This document shows, piece after piece, positions 1-11,240 of a DNA stretch of 64,000 nucleotides. Position numbers and translations under genes: made by a program. The notes below the pieces were generated by a model that made no database searches, was not told the DNA's origin, and saw only the letters and a program-made list of their open reading frames with translations. Position 1 is the first letter of the stretch. Each line of letters starts with the position of its first letter. Origin of the DNA: Phoronis australis (Eukaryota > Animalia > Phoronida); contig NMRA01000207.1 of the NCBI GenBank assembly GCA_002633005.1, positions 201,484 to 265,483 on the forward strand, in the 5' to 3' direction.

Positions 1-2249
1 TTTTCACAAGTCAAAAAATACGCAGGAGATTTAGGGAACTTAGTTGAGTCCCTATCTGGGACTGTTTCATGCAACCGGGCAATGGTGTTACCAAGATAAA
101 CAGCACGACCACGTGGTGCCATTGACCAAAAATAGTGTAATTGGTTCTCATTTTGAAATCTTGAAGGGAGCTCCTTAGATACCAGTAAAGCTTCTGTAAT
201 AGCACTTGCTTCACTTGTAATGCAGGATCATATTTCGCGAAGACTTGCGTGACCTTCGTGAGTGCAATACCGGGCACCTCTACGGAATGGGCTCCAGGGC
301 TTCACTACTGACACTAGACGTGCGTTTCGTATGCGCGAAAACGTAAGATCACGTAAAAGTTCGCGAGGTTTCGACATTTATTAAAAGACAGTGAATCACG
401 TGATCACAACAGCTTCCTTCTAGAGATTCTTGCGTCTACAGAACTCAGCTGATGGGACTGTTTCAGGAAAAGAGTCCTATGAATCGAAACTTCCAGAAAT
501 TTGATCTTACGCGCCACTTGTAATTTTTCACTTTTCGTGAAAAAGACCTCAGACATCATTGGAAGAAAAAGTGAATCCCTGCCAATTTCTGCTGGCATCA
601 GGTGACGCCTGGGAAAAACGAATGATTTTGATTGACTCAGACTAATTTCAAATGGCACCAAGTGACGTTTTCTTCTTGGAAATATGGACATTTAACTAAA
701 CTAGATAACACATATCTGCGTCAATTTTCAGAGCGGAGCAGATTATGTTTATTTTCTTCGTTGTTATGAAGAATTTACCACTCTGACGACAAACATGTGT
801 TCCTCGGAAAATTTGTGCCCATAGTTATCCACCGTTTCAATTGGAAAATGACACGTGGCAAGTCTCAATGTAGTTCGGACACGAAAGCTATGTTTAAGAA
901 GAATTTGGAAAACTCAAACATGAGAAACGTGTATATTTGTAAATATAATAAAAACATTGCCCAAGTCGTAAAAAATATTTTTCCTCTGAGATGGTAACAA
1001 ATTTACACGACTACACCCGGCAAAAGGCAATTTTAAGTAACTTTAGACATCACTTCCCTGGCACTAGAGGACTTAGACACACTCGACACCAATGTCCAAG
1101 ACAAGCATTTGCACATACCCCAACAAACGGTATGCCGTCACCGTTTTTGGTCTGTCCTCCCTCTCTTTTGATTCAGGGATCCGCTTTACGTTGCCCGTTT
1201 GTACGACACAGACGCTCGCAAGCTTGCACTACTGGCCAAAGATTGTGCGTGGATTTCACTGTTATTTAGTTAAGGAGGAATCCATTAATATTTCAGACAA
1301 TCGTAGTGAATTCATTCTAGAACAAGCACAATTCGTTAAGGAAACATCTTTTTAAAAGGTCCACAATCCTATTCAAGACCGCAAAAGTGAAGGAAACTTC
1401 GGGGAGGCTGTACAGCTCACCGAAAACAATTCACGGTACAACCCTGGTCAGGAACGCTTTTAGATTTTAACGGTAGATTACTTGCCACTTGGCGATGTGG
1501 CGTATTTGGGTCTTCTAATGCTAGTACAACTAGGAAAGTGCAGATATGAAAAACCCACATACACACCAATACATTAGATGCGGGCTTTTGTGTAAACTAG
1601 TCTTGTTGGACTTTAAAGTGTCCCAGTACACCAAGCCAGGCTTTGGATATTCCAAGAAATGGGATTTTTTTTCAAATTCGCTGACTAACAGTGCCCGGAA
1701 ATGTGTTTCTTTCATAGTTAGTTTGTTTATAGCGGGACGCTTTTCAACTTTCGGAATTTTATGCGTATTTAACTGACAACTAAGGTCAGTGTCTCTTATT
1801 TTAGTTAATCCTACCGAATGGATAAAGTCAACGTAGGGAATAGGCGGTTTCGTATATAACCGCTAATTTTTCTGTTTTATAGTTCTGATCAAGGTCAGTA
1901 ACCTCAAGGGACCTATCCTACTTAACGACGATCCCCAAAACGAGTCTTTCGGTTCTAAAACCGCCTGTGCCTCTTTGACATCACGATTAGGTTCACAACG
2001 GAATAGATTTGTGTAGCTTTGAAATGTATACACCGTGGATAGCCCATTACATTAGTTGCAGTTTAGGACTTTACATAGAAATTTAGAAAGAATCTGTGAT
2101 AGTGATATAGGCCTATGTCGAGTGTGTTACCGAAAACAAGAGAGATTGGAACACATTGATACGATGGTTATGTTACTAAAGAATCAGATCTAGAGTCAAT
2201 GAAATTATGAAACCCTGTGGCATATTTGTCATCACTTGGGAATGACAAA

Positions 2250-2660
2250 ACAGGGACAATTTAAATGAAAATATGGCTCATCCTGATAAAAAGCGGGACA
2301 TCTACATGCGCGCACCCAGCCTTCAATATGGGGGGGACTCGTTCGATGATTTAGGTCTATGCCAAAACGCAAGGTTGAAAATGTTCACATAACGTCTCGT
2401 CAGCGGCACTTTTTACTTTTAGTAGAATAAGCATTTCGAGTGCCGCAAAAACATAGAACTTGTCGTTTTCTGTTTATTCGAACGGAAAAACAGGGTAATG
2501 TTGCATGGGAAATCAAAATAATAAACGAAATGTAAATTTTGTCGTGCGTCAAAAAGTGGGATATTTGATGGGGAGGCTAGATGGTGGGAAATATCAGAAG
2601 ATGGCACAGTCCGCTTAGAGCGGGGCCATTGGCAACTACACTGCACGCTGTTGTAACGCA
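2250..2660 (+). repeat. Dispersed repeat, diverged direct copy of 5660-6130
   Basis: Shared blocks AAAAAGCGGG, CTATGCCAAAACGCAAGG, GAACGG.AAAA, GTCAAAAAG and GGGAAAT in the same order. Confidence 0.7.
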
Positions 2661-3924
2661 AAGTAGTATTGGACTGGGTTCTCTTATAAAAACTTTTCAT
2701 GTGTTGTATTTTATTTCACGGGTATTAGGTAAATTCTTCAGGTAACATTAGTGTTCAGAAATAAAGTCAAAATTAAAATTGGAATCTTGTAACCACTGTG
2801 TAAAAGAATTATTACAGAAACAATACAAGACAGTAATTAGGCCTAGATGCACACACTTAGCTACGCAAATAAATGCTCCAGTAGTTTTTCGAAAATTATA
2901 CAAACACACCATTCACTTATAGTTGCAGAACAATCAGTTGCAAGGAAAATGTCATTTCCTTCCCTAAAATACGGAGACATGATTATAACCACCATAATGT
3001 CTTGCTGAAGAACTCCTACCGGTAAAATGTTATTTGATAAATCATCGAAAGTGACGCTAAGATTCCCGATGTAACCAGTGCCACAGGTAGGAGCGTATAA
3101 AGAATGACCATGCAGCTTGTTGACCAGATCTTAGGTTAGTCATATTTCAGTCACTTTTAAATCACATTTTAGGACGGGAAATCTAGGTGTTTCAAGGTCT
3201 AACATTAGAACGTAAGGTCAAGCGCGGGAGTTGCCACTCCATTCGTAGTTATATGCGCAATGGTACTGAAAACTCAAAAAAATCAACGATGTGCAGAGAC
3301 AATTAACCTTCTTCCCAAATTACTGAAAAGTCCTTTTACTTTGGTTTCTAAAAATAATTCTTTTTTGAATAGGTGTTTAGGATTTAAACCAATAATCTTG
3401 TGCCAAAATGATAAACAACGCAGTTCTTGTCATTTTAATTGTGCGTACACTTTGGGGCACCCTCTGCATAATTGTTCGAGTAGTACGAGTCCAGTTTTAA
3501 AACTGAGAACTAATTTTGTTTGGTTTACAACTAACACGTCACCATAATCCATGACAACACTGCCGATGGTGATAACTGCAATTTGATTGTTGTATTTTAA
3601 TGCAGCATTGCCGTTACTGTGTTGTTGTCTATATGAGGTTTAATTTTCTCGTTTGTGGTTCATATCAGTGTTATCTCATTTGAATGTCCCTTCCTACAGC
3701 TAATCGGGACCTAGTACTAGTGGTAGTAGGCTTAATAATGTTGGTGATAGTGTTAGGGATAGCTGTTGGAGTGAGGCATTATTCAAGTCTGTCTTGTTGG
3801 TTAGAATGAGCGAGCTTTGTTAAAGCCCAAGATGAACAAGCGCATTATTAATGAGTAGGATATTTTATATTAAAAGTCATGAAAAATAGTCTGTAAACTT
3901 TAAGCCTCTGGGATTGAATACGTG

Positions 3925-4945
3925 TCAATCTATTGGCGGAGGTCCACTGAAACAGCAAAGCAGACGGCACCCTTTTCTCTTTGGACGTTTGCATCTGAAC
4001 CTCTTTTTCAGCCTTTGCAAAAATCCTTTGCGTTGACTGGTCTCAGATTTTTCAGCCTCACTCTCAGGTTTGGGAACGTTGCATGGTATAACGTCTTCCA
4101 TCTGGTCCTGTAGTCGATCCTCGTTAATTGAGAGGTGCCATGCAGGAGCGGTTACACTCCTGAATTGGGGAGGGTATATTTTGACGCCTTCAAATAAGAA
4201 CGACACATGTTGCTGGCCAGTTACACCCTTGAAGTCAGAAAAACTGAAGCATTCCGGCTGCATCATTGAATTTGTATTGCCAGTGTCACATTTAGCGAGG
4301 TCGTGGGTGTATTCTATTCCAGATCCACGGCTCCATTCCCTAATACTTTTCTTCTTCACTTTCTTCATTATTTACTTCCATCTTCATCCTCTCATCCTGA
4401 ATCAGCTCAACTGCCTGCAAAAGTACCATTTCTACGAAGACGTCAAGGACAGCCTGCTCGACCGTGGCGTCCACAAACGCTTCTATCTCATCTTTCTCAT
4501 CGCACCTCTTATCAGAAGCTAAACCCGTATCTGACATGCTGTGATGGGTTGTAGACAACACCTCCGACTGGGACATTCGTAATTTCGTAACTCCGGCGAG
4601 GTCTTGTGTGATTTCCGCCTCTGGCTCTTTGGTGCACCGTATGCTTTTCTTGCTTACGGTCTCTTTGTTGTTATGTTCCACGGCCTCCGAAACCACATCT
4701 TCAACATACACCTTCTTTATGACGGTCTCCACAAGAGATTCCACTGCGTCTTTTTCCCCGAGGTTTAGATCAGGGCGGGTTAGACCTTCTCTTGGAGTCG
4801 CCGTCTTCTGTGTGGCTTGTGTAGCTCTAGCTACGCATACTGACAGCAAGTGACAATGAATGCACATGTTTACCAGGGCACCTAGCATAGCCACGTCTGT
4901 AGTACTGGTAATATTTTTCAAAATCTCATCTCTAAATTCATCCAT
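3925..4945 (-). pseudogene. Intronless orphan gene split by a 1-bp frameshift (or sequencing error); acidic helical protein with a basic, Cys-rich tail
   Basis: ORFs 4340-4945 (201 aa) and 3925-4368 (147 aa) overlap. Deleting one base of the T4 run at 4347-4350 gives ...EESEEE-SIREWSRG..., a continuous 339-aa frame with protein-like composition. Confidence 0.55.
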
Positions 4946-5659
4946 TCTGCTATCTCCTTCGCTAAATGTACAGAAACAACGTCAGCTACTATGACGTAAG
5001 CAAAGTATCAATCACGTCATCGTTAGCGCATCGTCTGTCTTGTTTTAGTCAGAATAATAATAACGCAAAGATGCCCACACAGCATAATACAAGGACATTG
5101 TAAGCCAATAAAATTCTGCAGTATGGCTGACGAGTACATAGACCAGGAGAACCGTCGAATTCCATGTTCGATTGCTACAGGACATCGTTCATTTAATGCA
5201 AAAATATTTTGTAATTGTAACGCAGCGCTTTAACCAGTTAATTATGACAACCGTGAAAGATTGGCGGTGGACATTTCGGGTTAGGCTAGGTGTCTATATT
5301 TCCTTCATAAGCACGTGTTGAACTAGTAGCATGTACATGGTGCAAATAGCGTCACTGGGATGCAATGACATTTCACAAAAATGTGCTAAATTAAGTACTC
5401 CAACTATTTTTCCGAAAGTTACAGGGGTTTCTGGTAGACAGAAATAGGCAAACATCTATTGCGTAACTTGAAATATACTTACAGGGTAGTAGAAATTAAT
5501 TTCATTTCTTCATAAAGTAAAAATTAGTGATACTGATGCATGTAGTGTGTGTCATCATAAACCAAAGACAGTGGGACACATTTTTACGATTGTTATGTTT
5601 CTAAATAAAGTAGATCGGAAAAATAACAATGTTTGTAACAAAGAGTTGAAATATGTGTT

Positions 5660-6130
5660 GCATAGTTGCCAACATTCGGACATGAAAAACGGGACAACTA
5701 GATTGAAAAGCTGGACTCTCGGAGAAAAAGCGGGACTCTCCTAGAAAAAGCCGGACTCTCGGAGAAAAAGCGGGCCTACGTATAGCGGATCTATGCCAAA
5801 ACGCAAGGATGTAATGTTCGCACAAGATGTCCCGATAGTGGTTTTGTGAAACGGAACATTATGAATGTCGTAACAGCACCCAAAAGCACTGGATGTCGTG
5901 TATAGTCGAACTGGAAATTGCAATTCAGTGTAGCGAAAACCAAGAAAAATCCCTTTTTATCTTTTTAGTCGAACGGGAAAATTGGTCTATGTCCGATATT
6001 GTGTCAATTTTGGCGTGTGTCAAAAAGGCGGAAGATTTTGATGGTGTAGAGGGATGGCGGGAAATTTTTTAAGAATTGGAACAGTACTCTGTGCATGCTG
6101 AGAGCGAAGCGATTGGAAAGTACAATGTAT
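5660..6130 (+). repeat. Dispersed repeat, copy of 2250-2660, with a 20-bp tandem at about 5713-5774
   Basis: Same blocks as 2250-2660; GGACTCTCGGAGAAAAAGCG x3. Confidence 0.7.
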
Positions 6131-8507
6131 ATAAATACCCCAGTTGGAACTTAGAAGTTCCTTGGCCGTACAAAAAGTACTCACAGGTGCGCAACTGTGG
6201 ACGCCAAAGCAGACTTTCCGACAAGACCTAGTTATTTATCTTCAATATTCATTTTGAAGCTCGAAACTGACACGGCTCTCCTTGGCGGACTTTCACCAAT
6301 ATCTTCTAACCGGTGGGCAAACTTGGGCTTGCCTTACGCCAACATCTTCGTAGGACAGCTTACTGCCGTGTCCAAGCTTTGTAATTCATAGCCGAAACAC
6401 ACATCCCCGAGTCGGCTGCCTGGAACACATTGGAAGGATGTAAAACTCGAGCCCCAACTTACTGCGGACAACTATAAGACGGCAAACGCATTGAGTGCTA
6501 GTGGCCTCTGCCTCGCCCCCATTCACTCCCTCTTGTCACTTTAGATGGAGCATTGGCCTCATGAGTGAGGACGCTTGCTCCCCCCCCCCCCCACCCCCCT
6601 CCCTCCTCTTCCAACGCCTTCTGGTTATGACTGGGTCTTTTCGTAACCCTGGATGCGGTGTTTGCTCATTTTATCTCGCGTAATGCGGCTGACTGATATA
6701 GATTTACAAGACTGGAACATTTTCGGCATATACATTTGTGAAAGACGTAGTGGTTCTTGGGCTTTTGAAACGAAAGAGGAGGGGTTGTGGAATTCGTGTT
6801 ATGATCTTACCTTTGAAAGGTAATAGCTTTAGGTTTAGATAGATTTAAGTATAAACTTTCTCAATAGCTAAGTATGAACACAGAATTAGGTCGCTATTTA
6901 GTCGTTATTTTAGTCGCTATGTACTCTCGAGCACTTCATAGTTTTAATCGCTACTTCACTTCGCAAGAGAACTGCAGTGCGCGACAGCTATCGGTGAACT
7001 ACATAAACCGTTTCGGCAAAAAGTGTTCAACTGGTGGTCTATAATGTCACGCTATATTTGATAACTTGAAATCTAACGGCTATCGAAATGGCTACTGTAT
7101 TACTTGCAAATCATTCACTGCTTCTTGAATGTTTTAGCACATTTTATTGAGATAAATAAGCAGACGACAGTAAGTGCAACACCGTCAAACATAAAGACAA
7201 TTTCCTATGACTATATTAGTTACGAAGTCTTGCTGCTAGTGGAAAATAACAGGTGGCTTGCAGACATAAAGACTAATCAGACGATGTGATAGTGAGAATC
7301 TTTTGCATGAGCATGCGCGATATGGAGATAAAAGAATGCTGTTATCGAAGGATTCCGATATGGGTATGAAGAACGGCAGCATAATCGAGAGCGTTCAGAT
7401 GAATGGATTCAAACAAGTCACATTGAGATCAACCTGAGAGCTATGGTGGACCACTGCCAGCTTACTCCATACACGATTTCAGGGTTTCGTTCAGCATCTT
7501 GAATATTTAGTTAGATTGAATAAACGAACCAATTAACTACAGTATTACAAAGGCTTTAGCAATGGCAGATCCAACGCAGTCTCTCACTGGCTTGTTGCAA
7601 CCACTATGGCGTAGCAGCAAACAAACGAACCAACGTCGTTTTTTGTCGTGGAAACGAAATAAAAGAAAGCGAGATGACGAACGGTGAAATATGCTGTTGA
7701 AAAGCGAGCTATAACGGCATGTTCAAAAGTGGAAGGTGGCATGTGTTGCACTTCGTTTGAACGTGACTGACCTTGAAAAATGCCGGATTATTTCTAATTT
7801 CGCCATTTTTAAAAAGCGTTTCAAAATTGAGCGTACGACGGTCGTTCTCGAAACAAAAAAACAAGTATGTGACAACCCGGAACACTTTGGGAATGACGTT
7901 ACTGCAACCTTTTCACAACATAATGCATCTTTAGAAAAATATTGATGTTTAAACTCGTTAGAACAGCTCAAGTCCGCTTCTTAAATGGGAAAGGTGCGTG
8001 CAATAGCGGAGTTGCAACCGAATCGATTTAACGATAGCGCATGTCCGGAAATTAGGGTGCGCAAAGGCTACTGGGATTGTTGATGGTAAACTGGATGACC
8101 GACTGGTTTGCACGACGTGTAATTTGTGTGCATTAAACTACGCTGCTGTATGTAATTCTGCCGCTATTCGCCCTAGTTAGCGCCCATGGCTCAACAAGTG
8201 CCCCAACGCGTTTTCAGACTTTGCTNAGTCGAATACCGTCTCAGTGTGCAATGCACGTGAATTTATATAACAGTAAACTAACTCTAAATTTTTAGTAAAA
8301 ACTTAGAGTTGTTACGAATGAATGGAATGTGTGTCCCACCAAGCTGTTTCAAAACGACTTGCTGTGGATTTTTAGGACTCACTATTGAATGGAAATTTCT
8401 GCATCTTTACACTCCCTCATTTACGGACATAAAATATGAACATTTGTACTCTTCAGTTGGAATATAGAATTGACACGCGTTTTTTTTTGTTATCTTTCAG
8501 TCCAAAC

Positions 8508-9782
8508 ATGATACAGACGCTGGTATTTGTTATCATACATGCATTGTTCACACAAGTACAATGCCTACTGTGGCGTGTTACCGGCATCTTTTCAAAACTC
8601 CAAGAACTCAAGAGCGACCATTACGAAAATTGCGCTCAGGTATTGCACGTTTTACCTTATAAGCGGACGATGCTTTTCCCATGGTTTCAGAGTACAAAGG
8701 AAAACTTTTTGACGTTTCATCACAGTTTTGCCCATCCTCGAGTGGTGCTTGCGTCAAACGTGACCCTCTATAATGTGACTGGAGAAGAGGCTGTTTTTGT
8801 AAGAACAGACGATGGAATTGACGTCTATAGCTCGGACGTGAATCCCTTCACTTACATGGCGCAGAAAGCGCACGCGCGCCAGTTAATCGTGTTGCCCATT
8901 CATCACTTCATGCGATTGGCTAAAGAACTTGGACCCACGTCAGCACCGCTGTTGTTTTTGTTCAGCACTGGTCGTTGCGGTTCCACTCTAATTACACAAT
9001 TGTTTGAAGCCACGCCAGGAGGATTATGCTTGTCCGAGCCACCGTGGTTCGTGGGTCTTGGAGAGATGAAGAAAAGTGGCCGTGATGTTAGCGCTTTGTT
9101 GAAAGCGTGCACAGATATTGCTTGTCGCGCGGACGAACAGGACTCAAAACGATTTTACTGTGTGAAATTGATGAGCTATTCGTTTGATTTGATGGAAAAG
9201 GTGTCGATGGCGCTACCTCATGCAAAGCTTTTGTTCCTGTATCGTAAATTTCCGATGAAGACGTTTGCATCCTTCGCTCGTTTGATTACACAGACACGTA
9301 AGAACGCCATACTGCAGCTAATGCCTCTCTTGCGCGATAACTTCCTGTACAATGTGAAGAGGCGCTACTTGTGGACAGACATAAATCCATGGGCTGTTTC
9401 TGAGCAGCTTAACTTCCTGGAGATCATTAGTGTCTTTTTGGCGTTGTGTAAAGACACATATCGAAGAAACAGCGAGAAATTCGAGGTAAGGGCATTACGC
9501 TACGAGGATTTCTTAGAAAATCCAGAGAAGATGGCGGTACTACTGTGCGATTACTGTGGTGTAAGAACTGACAAAATCGGCGAATATGCCCGAACGGTTG
9601 TTGGGCGAGACTCACAACGCGGAACACGTTTTGGTAAATCTCACCTCGGTAAGATTTCGTGGAGCTTAAATGATAGTTACGTGGAACAGATCCATCTCTT
9701 GGCAACCAAGTATCGCGTGCGAGGACTGGAGGTTCCAGTCCCCAACGATGTCTGGTGTTTACCAAAAACGATTATGCCTTAG
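8508..9782 (+). CDS. Sulfotransferase-fold (P-loop-like, PAPS-binding) protein, single coding exon, 424 aa
   Basis: Long clean ORF with 5'-PSB-like LFLFSTGRCGSTLI, LSEP, 3'-PB-like LYRKFPMKTFAS, LRYEDFLENP and DSQRGT. A strong acceptor (T-rich tract...tatctttcag) at 8500 precedes aacATG 8508, so the ORF-track start at 8436 is probably intronic. The N-terminus is hydrophobic. Confidence 0.8.
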   Translation: MIQTLVFVIIHALFTQVQCLLWRVTGIFSKLQELKSDHYENCAQVLHVLPYKRTMLFPWFQSTKENFLTFHHSFAHPRVVLASNVTLYNVTGEEAVFVRTDDGIDVYSSDVNPFTYMAQKAHARQLIVLPIHHFMRLAKELGPTSAPLLFLFSTGRCGSTLITQLFEATPGGLCLSEPPWFVGLGEMKKSGRDVSALLKACTDIACRADEQDSKRFYCVKLMSYSFDLMEKVSMALPHAKLLFLYRKFPMKTFASFARLITQTRKNAILQLMPLLRDNFLYNVKRRYLWTDINPWAVSEQLNFLEIISVFLALCKDTYRRNSEKFEVRALRYEDFLENPEKMAVLLCDYCGVRTDKIGEYARTVVGRDSQRGTRFGKSHLGKISWSLNDSYVEQIHLLATKYRVRGLEVPVPNDVWCLPKTIMP

Positions 9783-11088
9783 ATATTTAAAGAAGACACG
9801 TTTAACGTGAACGTGTTTCTTTTTCAAGCAGTCCATTCTGTCAATCCTTGGTATTAGTAGGTTGTGATGAATATGTGGGCATATAGGCCTACGGGGTGTC
9901 CTTTAAAGGCTAGCAAAAATATTCTGAAATATAAATATCAGAAAACGTTTTTACTGGGAACTAATGCAACTTTTTGTATTCAATGTTTCAAAGTTTCTAA
10001 TCTCAGTTAAAAGACAAACGGATATTTTAAGCGTCGTTTGTCAGCCGAAATGGATTTTGATTAAAAAAATGACGTCTGAAAACTTTCATTCCTCGTTCCT
10101 ATGCAATCAGAAACTTTTAAGATATCGTTTCCCTAAATACTGAGAAACAAAGTCTGCGCAACTGACTGTCTTACTACTCTTGTGTACTCTGCAAAACTAT
10201 CACCTGACATTCAGTTATAACATCCCATGTTTAAATAGAACAGTCTCTGCTGCAGAATACAAGGAATTTTAATTTAAACTACGGCGCATGCATTTTATCA
10301 AATGAATAACAAATCAAAGCAAAGAAATCAAAAAGATGTTAAATGTTGTGACAGTTGGACGGTTATTCTTCCAATGAGCGGTCCTTTCGCTAATCCAGAG
10401 ATCTTGGTTTATTTCTCACACACTGTCCAGTTTGGTGTAATAGGTGTCACAATCTCTGAAATTTGGAAAAATTTAGCTTTCGGTGAGTGCCAGACCAAGT
10501 CTGCTACTTTTATTTTGCGCTCACAAGAAATTAAAAACTAACTGTGGGTGGGATCAATGGGTGAATTCATAGCAGCAGAACGTGAAGAATCTTAACAATT
10601 CTGCCTGAGAATAGTGTTCAATCAAGGTTGTTGCATCTCGACTTACAGTTCTGTGCATATGGCGGATTACACAGCCCGGAAATAATCCGGAACACCTCGA
10701 ATAAGTATTACTTCGTAACCCTGTTTCCTATCTGCGCTTGTGACCTTGCGTATGATTGAAGTTCGCTCACGCGCAGATATGAAGCATCTCTCAGAGAATT
10801 GGCGAGGCTACGAAAATACCCAACATGCTCCGGATACCATGTGGACATTCGAGGCTTTTGGAAAGTCTCGCATATTATCGAAGCCTCAAATTTACCCTCT
10901 CAGGTGCTTCATATGTGCGCATGTGCGAACTTGAGCCACAAGAAAAAGTCACGTCGCTATGAAATCTGAGAAAACCGTCTAATGTAAAACCAATCAAATG
11001 TTATTGAAATGTTCCTGTTATGTTAGCCATACTGCTGCTTCTGTTTAAAAGACACTAAAAGTAAAAAGAGTGACCGAAGAAGAAACTA

Positions 11089-11240
11089 GGGTAGAGTTCA
11101 GTAACGCAAGGACCTCACTAAAAAGCAAGACTTTGCGAGATTATGTGAGTTATTGCCGCGAATTTTAAATGAGAACACATGATTTTGGCTAGATGTTAGT
11201 GAGGTTCTGACGTAGTTCCTAGCCTTACTGACATCTCAAC
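11089..11240. mobile_element. MITE family A, about 140 bp, copy 1
   Basis: Terminal GGG.AGAGTTCAGTAACGC.AGGACCT with a shared core; opposite orientation to the other four copies. Confidence 0.7.

Noticed and set aside
4070-4853. Plus-strand ORFs overlapping the orphan gene
   Set aside because: Antisense shadows of the Glu/Lys-rich minus-strand frame
5120-5185. tRNA-derived SINE head (GTTCGATT B-box-like)
   Set aside because: Too degenerate; no cloverleaf or second copy found
8436-8507. N-terminal extension of the sulfotransferase ORF
   Set aside because: It reads through a polypyrimidine tract and acceptor (RFFLLSFS), so it is most likely intron
9790-9822. Hairpin right after the sulfotransferase stop (terminator- or SECIS-like)
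   Set aside because: The core stem is only 7 bp, the stop is TAG and there is no SECIS core; a bacterial terminator is irrelevant in this context
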